From Heteronotia binoei (Eukaryota): a stretch of 64,000 nt of DNA. Positions 28,079-40,672 of the stretch are shown one piece after another. Both the position numbers and the translations under genes were made by a program. The DNA lies in the NCBI RefSeq assembly GCF_032191835.1, contig NC_083239.1:13640001-13704000 (forward strand). The letters are read 5' to 3'. Positions within the stretch are counted from its first letter, which is position 1, and every line of letters starts with the position of its first letter. The notes beneath the pieces are model-generated. The model was given only the letters and a program-made list of their open reading frames with translations, was not told the DNA's origin and searched no databases.

Positions 28079-28299
28079 GTACCATGGCTTAAGGGCATGC
28101 CTGGGAGTTAGCTAAAGCCCCAGAAACATGCATTTTGATTTAATCACTTCTATTCCCTTCCTGGTGAAAAGTGCACTGGAGAAAGCTGACGTTAATCAAC
28201 ATCACCCTAATCTGTAGACTCCCCTAGAGTCATCTGTGCTTTGTAGGCTCAAGGGAGTAGCAGCAGCTGTTTTTAAAGTAATTTTAAATAGGTCACTAT

Positions 28300-28515
28300 T
28301 AGCCCTAACCTGGATGGTCAAGGCTAGCCCAGTCTCATCAGATCCTGGAAGCGAAGCAGAGTTGGCTCTGGTTGATATGTGGGTGTGAGAGACCACCAAG
28401 AAAGTCCAGGGTTGCTACTCAGAGGCAGGCAATGGAAAAATCACCTTTGCTTTTCTCTTGTCTTGGAAACCCCTCAGGGTTGCCATAAGTCTGCTGTGCT
28501 TGATGGCATTTTACA
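28300..28515 (+). mobile_element. 5S rRNA-derived SINE with Sauria-SINE-like 3' part
   Basis: 28325-28406 aligns by eye to 5S rRNA (gcccgatctcgtctgatctcggaagctaagcagg...gggagacc); tail gcaggcaatgg...gggttgccataagtc. Confidence 0.7.
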
Positions 28516-28603
28516 CAAAGAGAGATACACACACACAACAGTTAAAGGTATACCACATTTACTACTAGTAGCAGTAAAATTTACTGCGTATTACAATTAC
28601 AGC

Positions 28604-28772
28604 CAGGGGTCATTTTGTAGAAAAATAGTTGGTGGAGCTCATCCAGGGATTGTTATGCAGCTGCAATACTATTCAATGGACAAGGAGGTGGAACTCTCAG
28701 AAGGAGGAGGTGGAACTCTCAGAAAGGTTCAAGAGCTGTGCTCCTGTGAGCTCCCACTGAATCCAAGGCCTG
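28604..28772. mobile_element. hAT-type MITE with exact 8-bp TSD
   Basis: caggggtc...aggcctg; TSD ATTACAGC at 28596-28603 and 28773-28780; related longer copy at ~57787-58196. Confidence 0.85.
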
Positions 28773-29894
28773 ATTACAGCAACTTACAAGTTAAAAGCAG
28801 TCAAAGACTCTAAAATTAACACATTCAAATTTAGATTATTTACAGTCTTAGTTACATACTGTGATTCCATAGTCAGGCTCCAATTGTCCAATTAACAACA
28901 TCATTTTACTGTCTACCTGGGTGCTGCCTTATAAGAGACCGTAGAGTCAATATCTGACAACAGAAATATTATCTATATCAGAAGCCATATACAATTGATC
29001 TGTTATTTCAGTCTGTTCTAAATACAGTGGGCAAACTGTAACATAATGGAAAAGGTCCTCCACAGAAGTTTTGCATATACAAATATGCTGTTCCGAGGTG
29101 TTTACTAATAGTGCATGCAAATCTGATATATACAGAAGAGTCACATGTTGAATTTCCACAAATCTTTACCGTTTGCTAGTGCAGTCAGTGTATTTTATTT
29201 ATTTATTTTCAATTCAAAACATTTGTATAGTTCTGGCATCTAAGAGAAAGCCAATAATTATATAAGAGAAACTGAAACAAATAATTATTTAAATATTTTT
29301 AAACAACTAAAATCCAATTTACAGACCCTAATAAAAAACTAAATAACCACAAAAAATTCCCCTCTCAGAAAAGAGATATTCAGCATCTTTGAACAGCAAA
29401 ACAAAACTTACAGCCCTTAGTAATTAACAAAAAGCCCTTTGAAACAGCAGTGCCTTACAGATCCTCCTGATAATGACTGCCACAACTCTCAACATGCAAA
29501 ACTTGATTGGAATGGAGCCTGCTTTAGATGCAGTGAGAAATTTCGCAGTGAATTTCTTCCTGAGTCCTTATGCATTATCACAATACAGAAAACAGGGAAA
29601 TATACTTGGCACCATAACAAGAATTTTGTCCATCTCTTATCTGTAGTATATTAATAATCTTCCTTCCTGGCTTGCTTGCTACCCTGATTGTATCTGAAGC
29701 TCCCTGCACTGAGTCAGAACACTGGTCCACTAGAACACCTAGTTCATTATTGTTAATTTTGCATGTCATTATTGTTAATTTTGCATGTCAGATTCTTGGA
29801 GATGATGGGGATGAGTCTGAACCTAGAAACTTCTAGGATGCCACCTTTTGTGGTGGTGGTGGGAGGTGTGCAAAGAGGAGAGGTTCTCTGATAA

Positions 29895-30206
<312 letters not shown>

Positions 30207-31064
30207 TGAGTTGATAGTCTGCATTCCTTCCACTGTTCTTATTTGCAACTGAATTTTCCCATCACCCTTGGAGTGATGGAAACATGGTGGAATGGGTGGT
30301 GGTGGTTGTGGTGGTGTCTTGATGTTTGCGGGGGGGTACATAGTATCCCTGGAATTCTTGTGCTTCAGGTAGTGTAGGTATGTGAGGCACGGCAAGAGCT
30401 ATACCTTAATCCCCTGCAGAACAGGGCACCTGCTGTTTCATAGTGCATATATGGGTAATGATGAGATTCTTCCTTTCTGGATGTACCTTACGTTGTGTGG
30501 AAGATATGTTATCTAGACATCTGATACATGAGGGATATTCCCTCCTGAATTAAAATTGGAGGTACGCTCCAAAAGTTTTATGCACTGGGGGGAAAAACTG
30601 CTGAATTGATGTGTTCTAGCAATCATAAAAGTTATGTTGGTGTGTGAGTCACAGGCATGCTCTGTGCAATGGAAACAGGCATGTCCTGTGCAGTGAATCA
30701 TGCAGAAATGCAGTTGGCAGCAGGATTTGTTTGGGCTCACGAGCTGGCAAAGTGCCAGTGTTCTTGTAGCTCACAGTGCAAAAAACTCATCGACTGGTAA
30801 AACTTGCTGCACTGGACCACTTGAAAGTAGAGGTGGTGATGGGGTTGAGGAACTGCAATGACCATATATTCTCCCACTTTAAGAAAAATAATAAAACTCT
30901 GTAGAAAAGAGCACAGGAGATGGGAAGAGAAGTTCCAACTCGAGCTTTTCTCTCCAAGATGCTGCTTTTCTGCCTTTAGATATTTTCTCCCCCTTGATGA
31001 CACCATAACATGTTATATATTGCTAAAAATTAATTCTTTCTTTCCTTTATTCCTTCCTTCCCAG

Positions 31065-31173
31065 CGGAGAAGGCAGCCACATATCTGGCCAGAGCAACGG
31101 CCGAGACCCTCAGGCCCTTGCCAAGGCTGTGCAAGTTCACCAGGACACTTTACGTACCATGTACTTTGCTTGA
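31065..31173 (+). CDS. AGO1: AGO1 final coding exon 19 ([36 protein letters not shown])
   Basis: cccag|c acceptor; 109 coding bp; TGA at 31171-31173; C-terminal MYFA typical of AGO. Confidence 0.97.
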
Positions 31174-34100
31174 AAGCCTAACTTTTTTTACCTCACTCCA
31201 GAAAGCTTTCAGATTTGTAGGAGCCATACAAAAATATAAAAGGAAGCATTGGGAGCACCTTGTGAGCATCCAATGAGAAATCACTGCAGGGCGTGCAGTG
31301 GTGTTGGAGGCAAAAAGACCAGCAACCTCCGGGGCAAATGCGGGAGAGCCACTTAAACCGGATGGACACACCTTTGTAGTATTACAAGAGACTTTGTTTT
31401 TCAGGCTTTCCAATTACCTGACCAAACAAAAACAAAAAAGTATTTGATCCGAGGAAGGGATCTTTCTTCCTGTCAGAAGAAAAGCAGGTTTTCTTTGCAG
31501 GGGGTTGGGGTGGGGGGAAAGCAATATTAGACTTTTGACTGTGAAATAGCTGTTTTGGTCCTCCAATGCCAAATCAAACGCTGGTAAGGTTTTGTGTGTG
31601 TGCGTGTGCGTGTGTTGTTGTTTTGGGTGGGAGGGGAAGGGATTTTTAGAGCCTTAAAACAGATGACTAGATTTATAAAAACTAATATTTTAGGATACCA
31701 AGATGCTTTAATTGGTTAAGAAGAAAATCCAGTAGTTTATAGAAGAGTTTTAACGCTTAGCTCTCCCTCTTGAAGTAAAGTTAATTTTTTCCCTTTATAT
31801 ATAATTAACGTAAGGCACCCCCAGCACTTAACTACTGCTAAGCTGAAAAAGAAAAGGAAACTGTCTTCCGTCTGTTGACGTGGGTCAGCCGCTGCCCCGT
31901 TTTGATGCAACGGTCACATGCTTAACTGTGGGCCGAGTGCCTTACTGCTATGCTGCAAAAATGTTGACATTTGGTCACCTTTCAAGGGAAAAAGTGAGAA
32001 TTATACCCAACAATACTCTTGTCTTAGTGGCGGTCCACATTTCTATCTTGAAGGTGTCCGGAGTTCTTGTTTTTAAATATTCACAAAGCTTGCAGTTCCA
32101 TATTAGCTCACAACCTCACCATGGGGTCAAAATTCTGTGCACTTTTTAACATTACACAAACAAATTTAGAGAGCTGCTGATAAATCTATTTTTCTTGTTG
32201 CCTGTTGCTATGTGTTTTTTCTGGCATATTTCTTGGATGGATTTTCATCTTTTATTTAAAAAAACCTGCATTTCTGACAAATGGGATGTGTGTATGTGTG
32301 TGTGTGTGTGAGAGAGAGAGGGAGGAAATACTTATATACCCCCACTGGCATAAATAGAAGCTCCGTTATCAGTTGCTGACCTGATTTTTTCTGTACCAAT
32401 GAATTTTTTTATCATTGAGTATTATTTTTATACATTGTGGAGTCTGTTGCCAAAATTCACTCAGATCCAATTCATTTTTCTCAACGGTTGAGGACTTTGG
32501 AGCGTTCACACTGAGGATGGAGTGGATTTTCTGTTCCATGAATTGCACTGCAAACAATCCAGAGTTCTTAAGAGGGCTCAGTCTTACTTTTCTGTCCTGA
32601 AAAATCCTTGAGGGGCATTTTTCACCTACCACCCTTTTTAGTAGATCCAGCATATAATCATGATAACTTCTGCTACTTTAGTTTTTGCTATTTGGTTTTA
32701 TGTGGACCAGGGGGACTGGGATTTCACTTCTGCCCTTGCAATTGGAGAAAGAAACTCATGGGCTCCTCTGATGTCAGAACATCAACATGCACTTTTGTCT
32801 CAGTGGTTCTTGATTTGTGTCCAGCAAGAAAATCTCTTCTCCCCACAGTGTTGCAGCTACCAAGTATCCTGCAAATGCAAGGTAGAAGGTTATGCTAGGT
32901 GATACATAATGGGTAGGTAGTTGCCATTTGCATTAAAAATGGGCATGGCCATACCCGGGTAGTTAAGAGGGCTTGTATATGACTGTCCTTTTGGAATTGT
33001 TATTCCCCCCCCTCCCTGAGCCTGCCAAAGTGAGCCTTTGAGAAAACAAACAATTAAATTAAATTTGGTGCCATTCTCCTGTAAGCACATCCCCTTGAAG
33101 TGCATGCTTTGCAGCTCATGGGAACAACACTGACCAGTGCTGCAATGGCGACATTGATTCAGATCTCCCATTCTTTTTTCTCTTCCTCCTTGCCTTCCTA
33201 CTCTGTACCGTGTGCCCCTTTGGAACAGAATGTTAAACTCCCCAAAATGCTATGCAAACAAAACTGGGCATCTGGCCAAGGCCACTCAGAAAGGAGCTCT
33301 GAGTTGGGCATTATCGTTCACACTCTAGTCAGGATCCAAAGAACTTTTTTAGATGTGTGAACCCAGTGGGATTTCTGGCTTTGATGGTCAGATTTCCATG
33401 TTGCAAACTCCTCTCCAGTTTTTTTTTTTTTTTTTACAATGGTTAATTTGTGCAGCATTGGAGAGAGTGGAGTGAGTTGTTTTTGGGGTTTTTTTTAAGC
33501 ACAAGACCAACACCCTGCTGGGGACACCAAATTATTTGTGTGGTTCTTTGGATTTAATTTAATTTTTTTTGTTTCACTTGGCTGCTTCGTATCCCAAACG
33601 ACTAGGATTTATTTTGCATTTGGCACAAGTGTAGCGGCAGCCAACATGTCAGAATGAAAAAGTCAACATTCTGTGACAAGGTTCCAAAAGAAATTGAAGT
33701 AACGTTTTCATTTCCTTGGCATCTCTTCTTGGACTTGTCTCCCTATCTACTGGGACTGGGATTCTCAGTGTAGTCGCCAGTGTTGCAACTGAAATTCTCT
33801 GCTGTTGTATTGGGGCAGATGAAAAAAGGGTATTAATTTAAACATTTCATCTGAGTTTCTGAAGCATTTTCAACAAAAATGACTAGTGCATTGCAGAATG
33901 GAAAAAGAAAAAAGTGACAAGAAGCTTGTGGCTTTGTAAAAATTGCTTTGAAAGAAAGAAAGCAAAAATCACACATCCTCCAGGACTTGAGAATGATCAT
34001 CAATGGACTTTCCCCAGATTTTTGCACTCCAGTGTTAAGTAGCTGCTTTGAATGGGAGGGGTGTTGGCATGAAGCAAACTGCTGGGGGGAATAGAACTGG

Positions 34101-35900
34101 CAAAACACTTTCCGCCCATAATCCTGCCTCTTTTCTCTCCTTCCGCTCCTCACCTGGTGCATGCGGAGTTTTTCACTAAGTGCCGTAAATGATGTCATTG
34201 CTGCACCCTCTATGAAACAAAGTTTCTGGGCTTGGCGTTTTATGTCTCTCCCCCCCCCCCCCTCTTCTTAGATGTTAACAATTAAGTGGTTAGCGCTACC
34301 TGCATGTTCTGTATAATGGAAGCTCTCTTGTTTTGTTCCTGCTTACCTTTGACAAACTATGTTCTGTCTTCTTAAAAAGCTGGAGAAAGCACAGAGTGTA
34401 GGATTTCCCCCCCCCCTTCTTTTTGCAACTGATAGTTCACTTCAGGGTGTTGCCAGGCTACATATGTAATCTTGAGATCCTCTGGGATCCCATTTGGAGC
34501 GTTTTTCACCTTGCACCTTAGACTGTAACTTGTTGCTGTGCCTCTGTTCCTTTTGTGGCTGGAAAAGTTACGAAGTCCCACATTTCAGGGGATGGGTAGC
34601 ATCATTATGTAAATTGCTGTTGGCTTGCTTTTAAAAAAGGGTGTTTTTTTTTTAACCTGCACTGCTGCTAGTTTCAGGTAATGCTTCTGTTCAGACAAAT
34701 AAGAGTGGGTGATGGAAGACTTGCGAAGGGATGAAACATGTTCCTCGGAAGCACTGGAGGAACAGCACAAATACTAGGCCAAGATCTACCAAATGGCACA
34801 GGCTTGTACAAGGGATTTGCACCTGCTCATTGAAGTGTGGGTTTTGTACAGCAGGGTTCCTGATGCCTTGTCACATACTTTTTGAAACTCCCCTCACTTT
34901 CAAAAGCTGTTTATCATGCAAGCATGGAGGCTATTTTCCCAAGGAAAAATCAATCATGAAGCTCGCTTGGGCATACGGCTCTCAGTTTTGGATCCTCCTG
35001 ATCCTTAATGTCTAAGGACATACCAGAATGTTACTGATACGATGCAGAACAGCAGCAAAAGTGGTTACCTTTTTCATTTGGTAAATGCAAGGTTTTTGAG
35101 TTATGCGGGTAGAACAGAACTAGTATTAGGCTATACAGAGCACAAACTGGGGACACATGCATATACTCATATTTATGTGTGTTTTTTACATATATTCACA
35201 TGGAACCAGCTTATTTAAATTTTGAGATACTGCTCTCCTCTGCCTTTTGAAGAGTTCTGTATAGCTCTAAAACTTGCAGAACTTCCTTTGCAACTAAAGT
35301 AAAAAGTCACCATGCCTGTTCTGTATCTTACCCTTTTGGGACCAACAAAGCAACTACTGTCCATGCCAAGCTGATGTTCTTGGAAAGCCTAAAAACTTAA
35401 AACCATGCATGGTTTTAAACAAATCTTTGTCTTTCTCTGATTTAAAACTTCAAAAGCATTTTGCCAGTACGGTGCAAACGTGTCGATTCTGTCTGGGGAG
35501 AAACAGGAGCAACACAAAACAGCAATAAAAGTGAAATCTGTATCTCACGTGTGCACGTAACTTTGCACTTCAAAATAATTGTGAAAGTTTTAAACTAATG
35601 GGAACTCTGGTTTGTGTTCAAAACTGTTTTTTTTTAAGCTGTTACAAGGAAGGGTTGAACTGTAAATAGAGAATGTTCACAGGGCACTCGATCGGATGGG
35701 GTTTTGTCTTGTTGGGTTTTTTTTTAATTTTGAATCTGAACGTTGTATGGTCCATTTATTAAACTGATTTGAACAACCACTGTACTGTCCTTATTGAGGG
35801 GGTGAGGTCTGTAAAGAAAATAATGGTCTGACCCAGTCTGAAATATGGGTTGGTGGGGGGCATTTACTGCAACAGGTCATTTAAAATAAAGTTTAAGAGA
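31174..35900 (+). other. AGO1: Probable long AGO1 3'UTR with candidate polyadenylation signals
   Basis: No recognisable TE over ~4.7 kb after the stop; AATAAA at 35524-35529 and 35885-35890, ATTAAA at 35758-35763; Pumilio-type TGTAAATA at 35661-35668; true 3' end is inferred. Confidence 0.55.
31189..31195 (+). promoter_or_regulatory. let-7 7mer-A1 seed match (TACCTCA) just after the AGO1 stop
   Basis: TACCTCA is complementary to let-7 nt 2-7 plus A1; 15 nt downstream of the TGA. Confidence 0.7.
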
Positions 35901-37329
35901 GAGTATATCAGGTAAGACTGCAGTATTCAAATGGGACCCATGGAAACTCAGGAGGAGAGGAAATCTTTTCTCACCCCCTACTCACCTCTGGTTCTTCCTC
36001 TCCCAGCATCTGGCTTGCTATTCTCAATGTTTGTGTGCCATTTTGAGTTGCTACAGCAAACCAAATTACTGCTCCTTGGTTCTGGTGGTGTTTTTTGGGG
36101 GGAAGGGGCAACAGTTCCCCTTTGCTAATTAGCATTGTGTTTTTAAAAACCTGGTTCTTCAGGTGTGAGGATTTCCTGAACTCATACTTAGATCAGGCCC
36201 CCATTGTGCAGATTTGTCTGTCCACACAAGGACCCATCCTTTCCCTATTAGATATAGGGATGCTCACTATGAAATGGGCTACCCGTTAAGGTTTCAAAGG
36301 CAACTCCTTTAAGACTACTTGCTATTTTGTTGCACAGATGTTTTGGGCTTTTTTCCAGAGGTATGTGCATGTGGCTTCACTGTTTTGCACTGAAGATGTT
36401 TAGTAAATGGTGTGATTTGTGTAAACAGAAAGTGAACTGTTGAACAGAGGTTAAGGAAGGTTTCCTTGTTCACACTGCCTTAAAGTTAAATTGAATAAGT
36501 TTGACCCTTGAAGAAAACCATACCATTGGTTTTTTAGCATAGTTCTGGAGCCTGTTGGCTTATAGGTTGAATGGTGATGCCTCTTGAAGTGACCGTCAGT
36601 GGTTTTTCAGATTAAGAGGTGAGCAGAGGTACATACCTCTGCATAGCACCCTTGCCCTCCTAGGTGGTCTCCCATTCAGGTACTGACATGGCCATTCCCC
36701 AAATTCCAATGAGTAAGGCTACTAGTTGCTTCTGACTTAGTAACCCTACGAATCAATGACTTCCAGAATATCCTATCATTAACACCTTGCTCAGGTCTTG
36801 TAAACTGAAGACGGTGGCTTCCTTTATTGGGTATTTAATTTTTTTTAAAAAATCACTTGATTTGGAAGCACAGAAGCTTTACACAGTATCCCCAATTCTC
36901 CATTTTTTACTTTGTTAGAGGGGAAATTACAAAGATAATCCAACTTCTATGATAACAGGAGAAAGAATTTTTAATTGCAAAAACAGACGCACATCTTGCA
37001 TGACATATTCATGTACATTTAACTTATTGTGAACAGATTAACTTCAAAAAGGTTAACTTGCTACAGCTCCAAGCCTATGTAAGAGAAAAGAGGTCCTGCA
37101 TAAGATGAAAACAGAAGGCAAAAGCAATGGCTAAAGAGGCTCAACTAACCAATGAGAGGGTGCGGTCTACTGCCAAGTTTACCTGAGTGAGAAAATTTTC
37201 TTAACCCTTTCCCTCCAATTCCTCATATATATATATATATATTCCTCTCATATGGCTCTGCATGGATAACATTAGTATCAGAAGCAGCATTAAAGCAATA
37301 AATATTAGTTAAAACCTTTTATAACGTCA

Positions 37330-38215
37330 GTTAATGTTAATCAACCAGACGGCAGCCAATACTTGAACTAGATTTTGATTGACTGAGCATGGTGCTCTTT
37401 GGGGGGCATACCAGGAGATGGTATGTGCCCCAAAGAGCACTATGCTCAATGGATCAAAATCTAGTTCAAGTACCAGTTGAATATGGGCTCTTACTGGTAT
37501 TCCAATAAGAACGCGTGCCCTCGAATTCTGGACCAGCTGGAGTTTCCAGTCTAAAGGGTAGCCTTGCATAGAGCATGTTACAGTAGTCCGGTCAGGATAC
37601 AGCAGTTGCATGGATCACTGTAGTAAAGTCAGGGAAAAAGAGGAAAGAATAAGGTGATGATATTGGATTTATATCCCACTCTATACTCAGAGTGCTCACA
37701 ATCTCCTTTACCTTCCCCCCCCCCTCACAACATACACCCTGTGAGGTAGGTGGGGCTGAAAGAGCTCTTACAGCAGCTACCCTCTCAAGGACAACTCCTA
37801 TGAGAGCTATGACTGACCCAAGGTCATTCCAGCAGGTGCAAGTGGAGGAGTGGGGAATCAAACCTGGTTCTCCCAGATAAAGAGTCCACACACTTAACCA
37901 CTACACTAAGGAGCCAGTTGCTTGACCTGGCAAAGATGGAAAAATACTAGTGAGATTTATGATCTAGGCATCCAGAGTCACACCCAAACTCCTCCTTGTT
38001 GACCTTGGTGTCAATGGCACATTGTCAAGATCGCAGTTGGATCCTTAATTCTGCATCCCCCCGTTCAGATATGGACCTCTGTCTTCGATGGATTTAATTT
38101 CAGCTGGCTCTGCTTCAGCCAACCAGCCATAGCCTCCAAACCCTTGACTAAACTATCTGGGGTGGTACTCGGCTGGGGGTCGTCAGTGTACTGATGGCAA
38201 CCCAGTCTGAATCTT
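37330..38215 (-). mobile_element. L2 LINE RT fragment interrupted by a SINE
   Basis: Minus strand CHQYTDD (YADD-like) near 38175-38200 and KLQLVQNSRARVL near 37500. Confidence 0.75.
37655..37907 (-). mobile_element. MIR-derived tRNA SINE (Squam3-like) nested in L2
   Basis: High similarity to the 12409-12688 copy. Confidence 0.85.
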
Positions 38216-39865
38216 GAGTTCTCAATTTTCAGCCTTATCTTGTAGGTTTTCAGATCTGTCTCTTGATTGAAGCTTGGACAGGATATCAGCCAACAGCTCT
38301 TCTATTGAACAGTACTCCATATCTGTTTTGCCCTTCTCAATTAGAACATGCAGTAAGTGAAACGTCACACCAATGTGCTTGATGCGTGCAACCATTTTTT
38401 CCTGATTGAGAATCTTAATGCAGCTCTTTGTCTTCTGTAAGTTGAAGGTTTTTGCTCATCAGCTCTGACAGTCCCTTAGTAAGTGGTCTAGCCACAACAG
38501 TTCTCTGTTTGCTTCAGCAGATGCTATATATTCAGACTCTGTGGGAAGACAAACCTACTACAAATCTACTGTCCCAGGAGATTGTGCCACCTCCATACAG
38601 GAACAACTACCCACTTGTGGATTTATAGTCTTAAACTATCTCCCGCCTAATCTGTATCTCTATAACCAACTAATTTTGGATTATTGGTGGATGGCAGTTA
38701 TAGTTTCAAATCTAAAGTTTCTTTTGGATATCTAGCCACTCGTGTTTTACTGCAGCCCTGATCCTTTGTTCATTCTGTTTTTACTCCACGGTTTCTAATC
38801 AGCCAAGTCGTTATGCCTTTGATTCAGATGGTTTGCTTTCATTCTGCATCTGTTGAATTTCCTCAGTACTTTGTGCCTGAAACGTCACTCTCTGCAGATT
38901 ATGCTTTCTGTATTTTTTTTTTTTTTTGGGGGGGGGGAGGGCGTCGGCAGCTGGCTAGAGATGAAAAAGCAACAAAGAAAGGTGAGATCACAGAAAGAAG
39001 CTGGAGGGGGACTCCCCCATTTAAAAACTATTAATGAGGGAGGGGAGAGCTGAAGAGGACCCCAGTTGATGATGTTCTCCTCTGACGGCATGAGAAGAGA
39101 ATGGGGCAGCTTGCCTTTAAGAGAAACCAAAAGCAGGACTCTGTTGTCCTGAGAAAATGCATAAATCCTTCACATCTTTCAGCTCCATCCCTCAGTGCAA
39201 AAAGAAAGGGAAGGGAGGGGGAAATCCAGGCTGGGAGCAGGGAATCCTCTATTCTTTTATATTTACTGATTTCTTCTTATGCACTCTGGCTTTTTAAAAG
39301 TTTGCCTGTTCAGGAGGATATATCTTTCTCTTTTGTCTTTGGAGAAGGAGGGAAAGAAAATGAAATGGGGAGGGGGTGTCAACCTCAAGAAAGAGAGGAC
39401 ATTACAGGGGAGGGCAGTGGGCAGGCCTCGAAGATCCACCAGAGGCGTTCTACTTCTAAAAAGAGACGCAGATCAAACATGGAGCTGACAAAAGGTCTGT
39501 TCCAAAAGGAGTTTTGGAAACCGCAAGGAGAAAGGAAGCTGAAACTGGTGTGAGTTCTAGCCCACCAAAACAGATGTAGAAACGAGAAGAAACTCTGGGA
39601 CGAAAGAGAACTTACAAGTGGGAGGTGGCATAGAAGGTGAATTTGAAAGGTGCTGTGAAACCGTAACAGAAGGCAGGTGTAAAAAGTGCACCACTCTTTC
39701 TTGATAGGGGCACTTGTCTTTCTACTAAGGATCCCAACACTGGTTGCAATATCGGGGCGAACTGCCAAGTGTACTGAGAGCATTCTCTTAACCTTTCCCA
39801 TCCCAGTTCCTCTTGCATGTAGAGTTACAGTACCCATCAATTTAAACCTGGTTATATGTTTAAAG

Positions 39866-40070
39866 CTCTGGATAGCCCAGGCAAGCCTGATTTTATTAAA
39901 TCTTAGAAGCTAAACAGGCTTGGCCCTAACCACTATTTGGGCAGGAGACCACCAAGAAATACCAAGGTCACAATGCAGAGGCAGGCAATGACAACCCAGG
40001 TCTAAATGTCTCTTGCCTAAAAAACCATATGGGGTTGCCATAAGCTGGTTGGAACTTATGGCAAGGTTAA
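39866..40070 (+). mobile_element. 5S rRNA-derived SINE copy
   Basis: Similar to 28300-28515 (agaagctaaacagg...ggagaccaccaagaa...gcagaggcaggcaatg). Confidence 0.6.
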
Positions 40071-40306
40071 AAGCAGTGTATTAAATTCAGTCGCAGCTTT
40101 GACAACCACAGATGTAATACCTTTCACTTAGAGCACAAAGTATCACAGTGAAGTTAGCTTGCCAGTGCAGAAAAGACTTGTACAGTCAAGCAGCCTCCAG
40201 TAATAAGTGCGACCAGCCAGGTTAAGTTATTGGACATGTACAGATCTCAGAATCACTGGCATACAAGCAGAAGCATGACAGTCCTTTTTTGAAAACCGCA
40301 CCGCTC

Positions 40307-40320
40307 CTGCCACCTAGTGG
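40307..40320 (-). promoter_or_regulatory. Candidate CTCF site between AGO1 and AGO3
   Basis: Reverse complement CCACTAGGTGGCAG matches CCASYAGRKGGCRS at all 14 positions. Confidence 0.6.
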
Positions 40321-40672
40321 AACTAGTTCAGCAATCCATTTCACTGCCTTTATTCCAGTCCTCTAGGCTGGGGGGTGGGATAAGGTGTGTGTGTTTGTCA
40401 ACAAACAAACACATATGCCCTACCTCACCCCCAGCCTAAAGGATTCAGAGCGAGTGGTCAAGAAAGGACTAGTGTAATAAAGCCTGTTCACATAACCAAA
40501 AATAACGTTACTTTAAAAGTCACTTACTGATTCTTTCTAGTTTGCACAAAAAACCCAGATAGGAAAACAGAGAATGCAGCAAAGGAACATCTCCGCTTGT
40601 ATTAATGACTTCATCACCCCAGGTTGTCTATTCCTTATAAACCATAGCAGCTGCAGCTTAATCTGGAGGAAC

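Noticed and set aside
28325-28406. Functional 5S rRNA gene
   Set aside because: Heavily diverged, fused to a SINE tail, with no intact 5S 3' end; treated as a SINE
32287-32320. (TG)n(AG)n compound microsatellite in the 3'UTR
   Set aside because: Ordinary simple repeat with no evidence of function
39101-39553. 150-aa intergenic ORF with a basic KKRRR patch
   Set aside because: Purine-rich low-complexity sequence with no homology I recognise; no promoter or further exons
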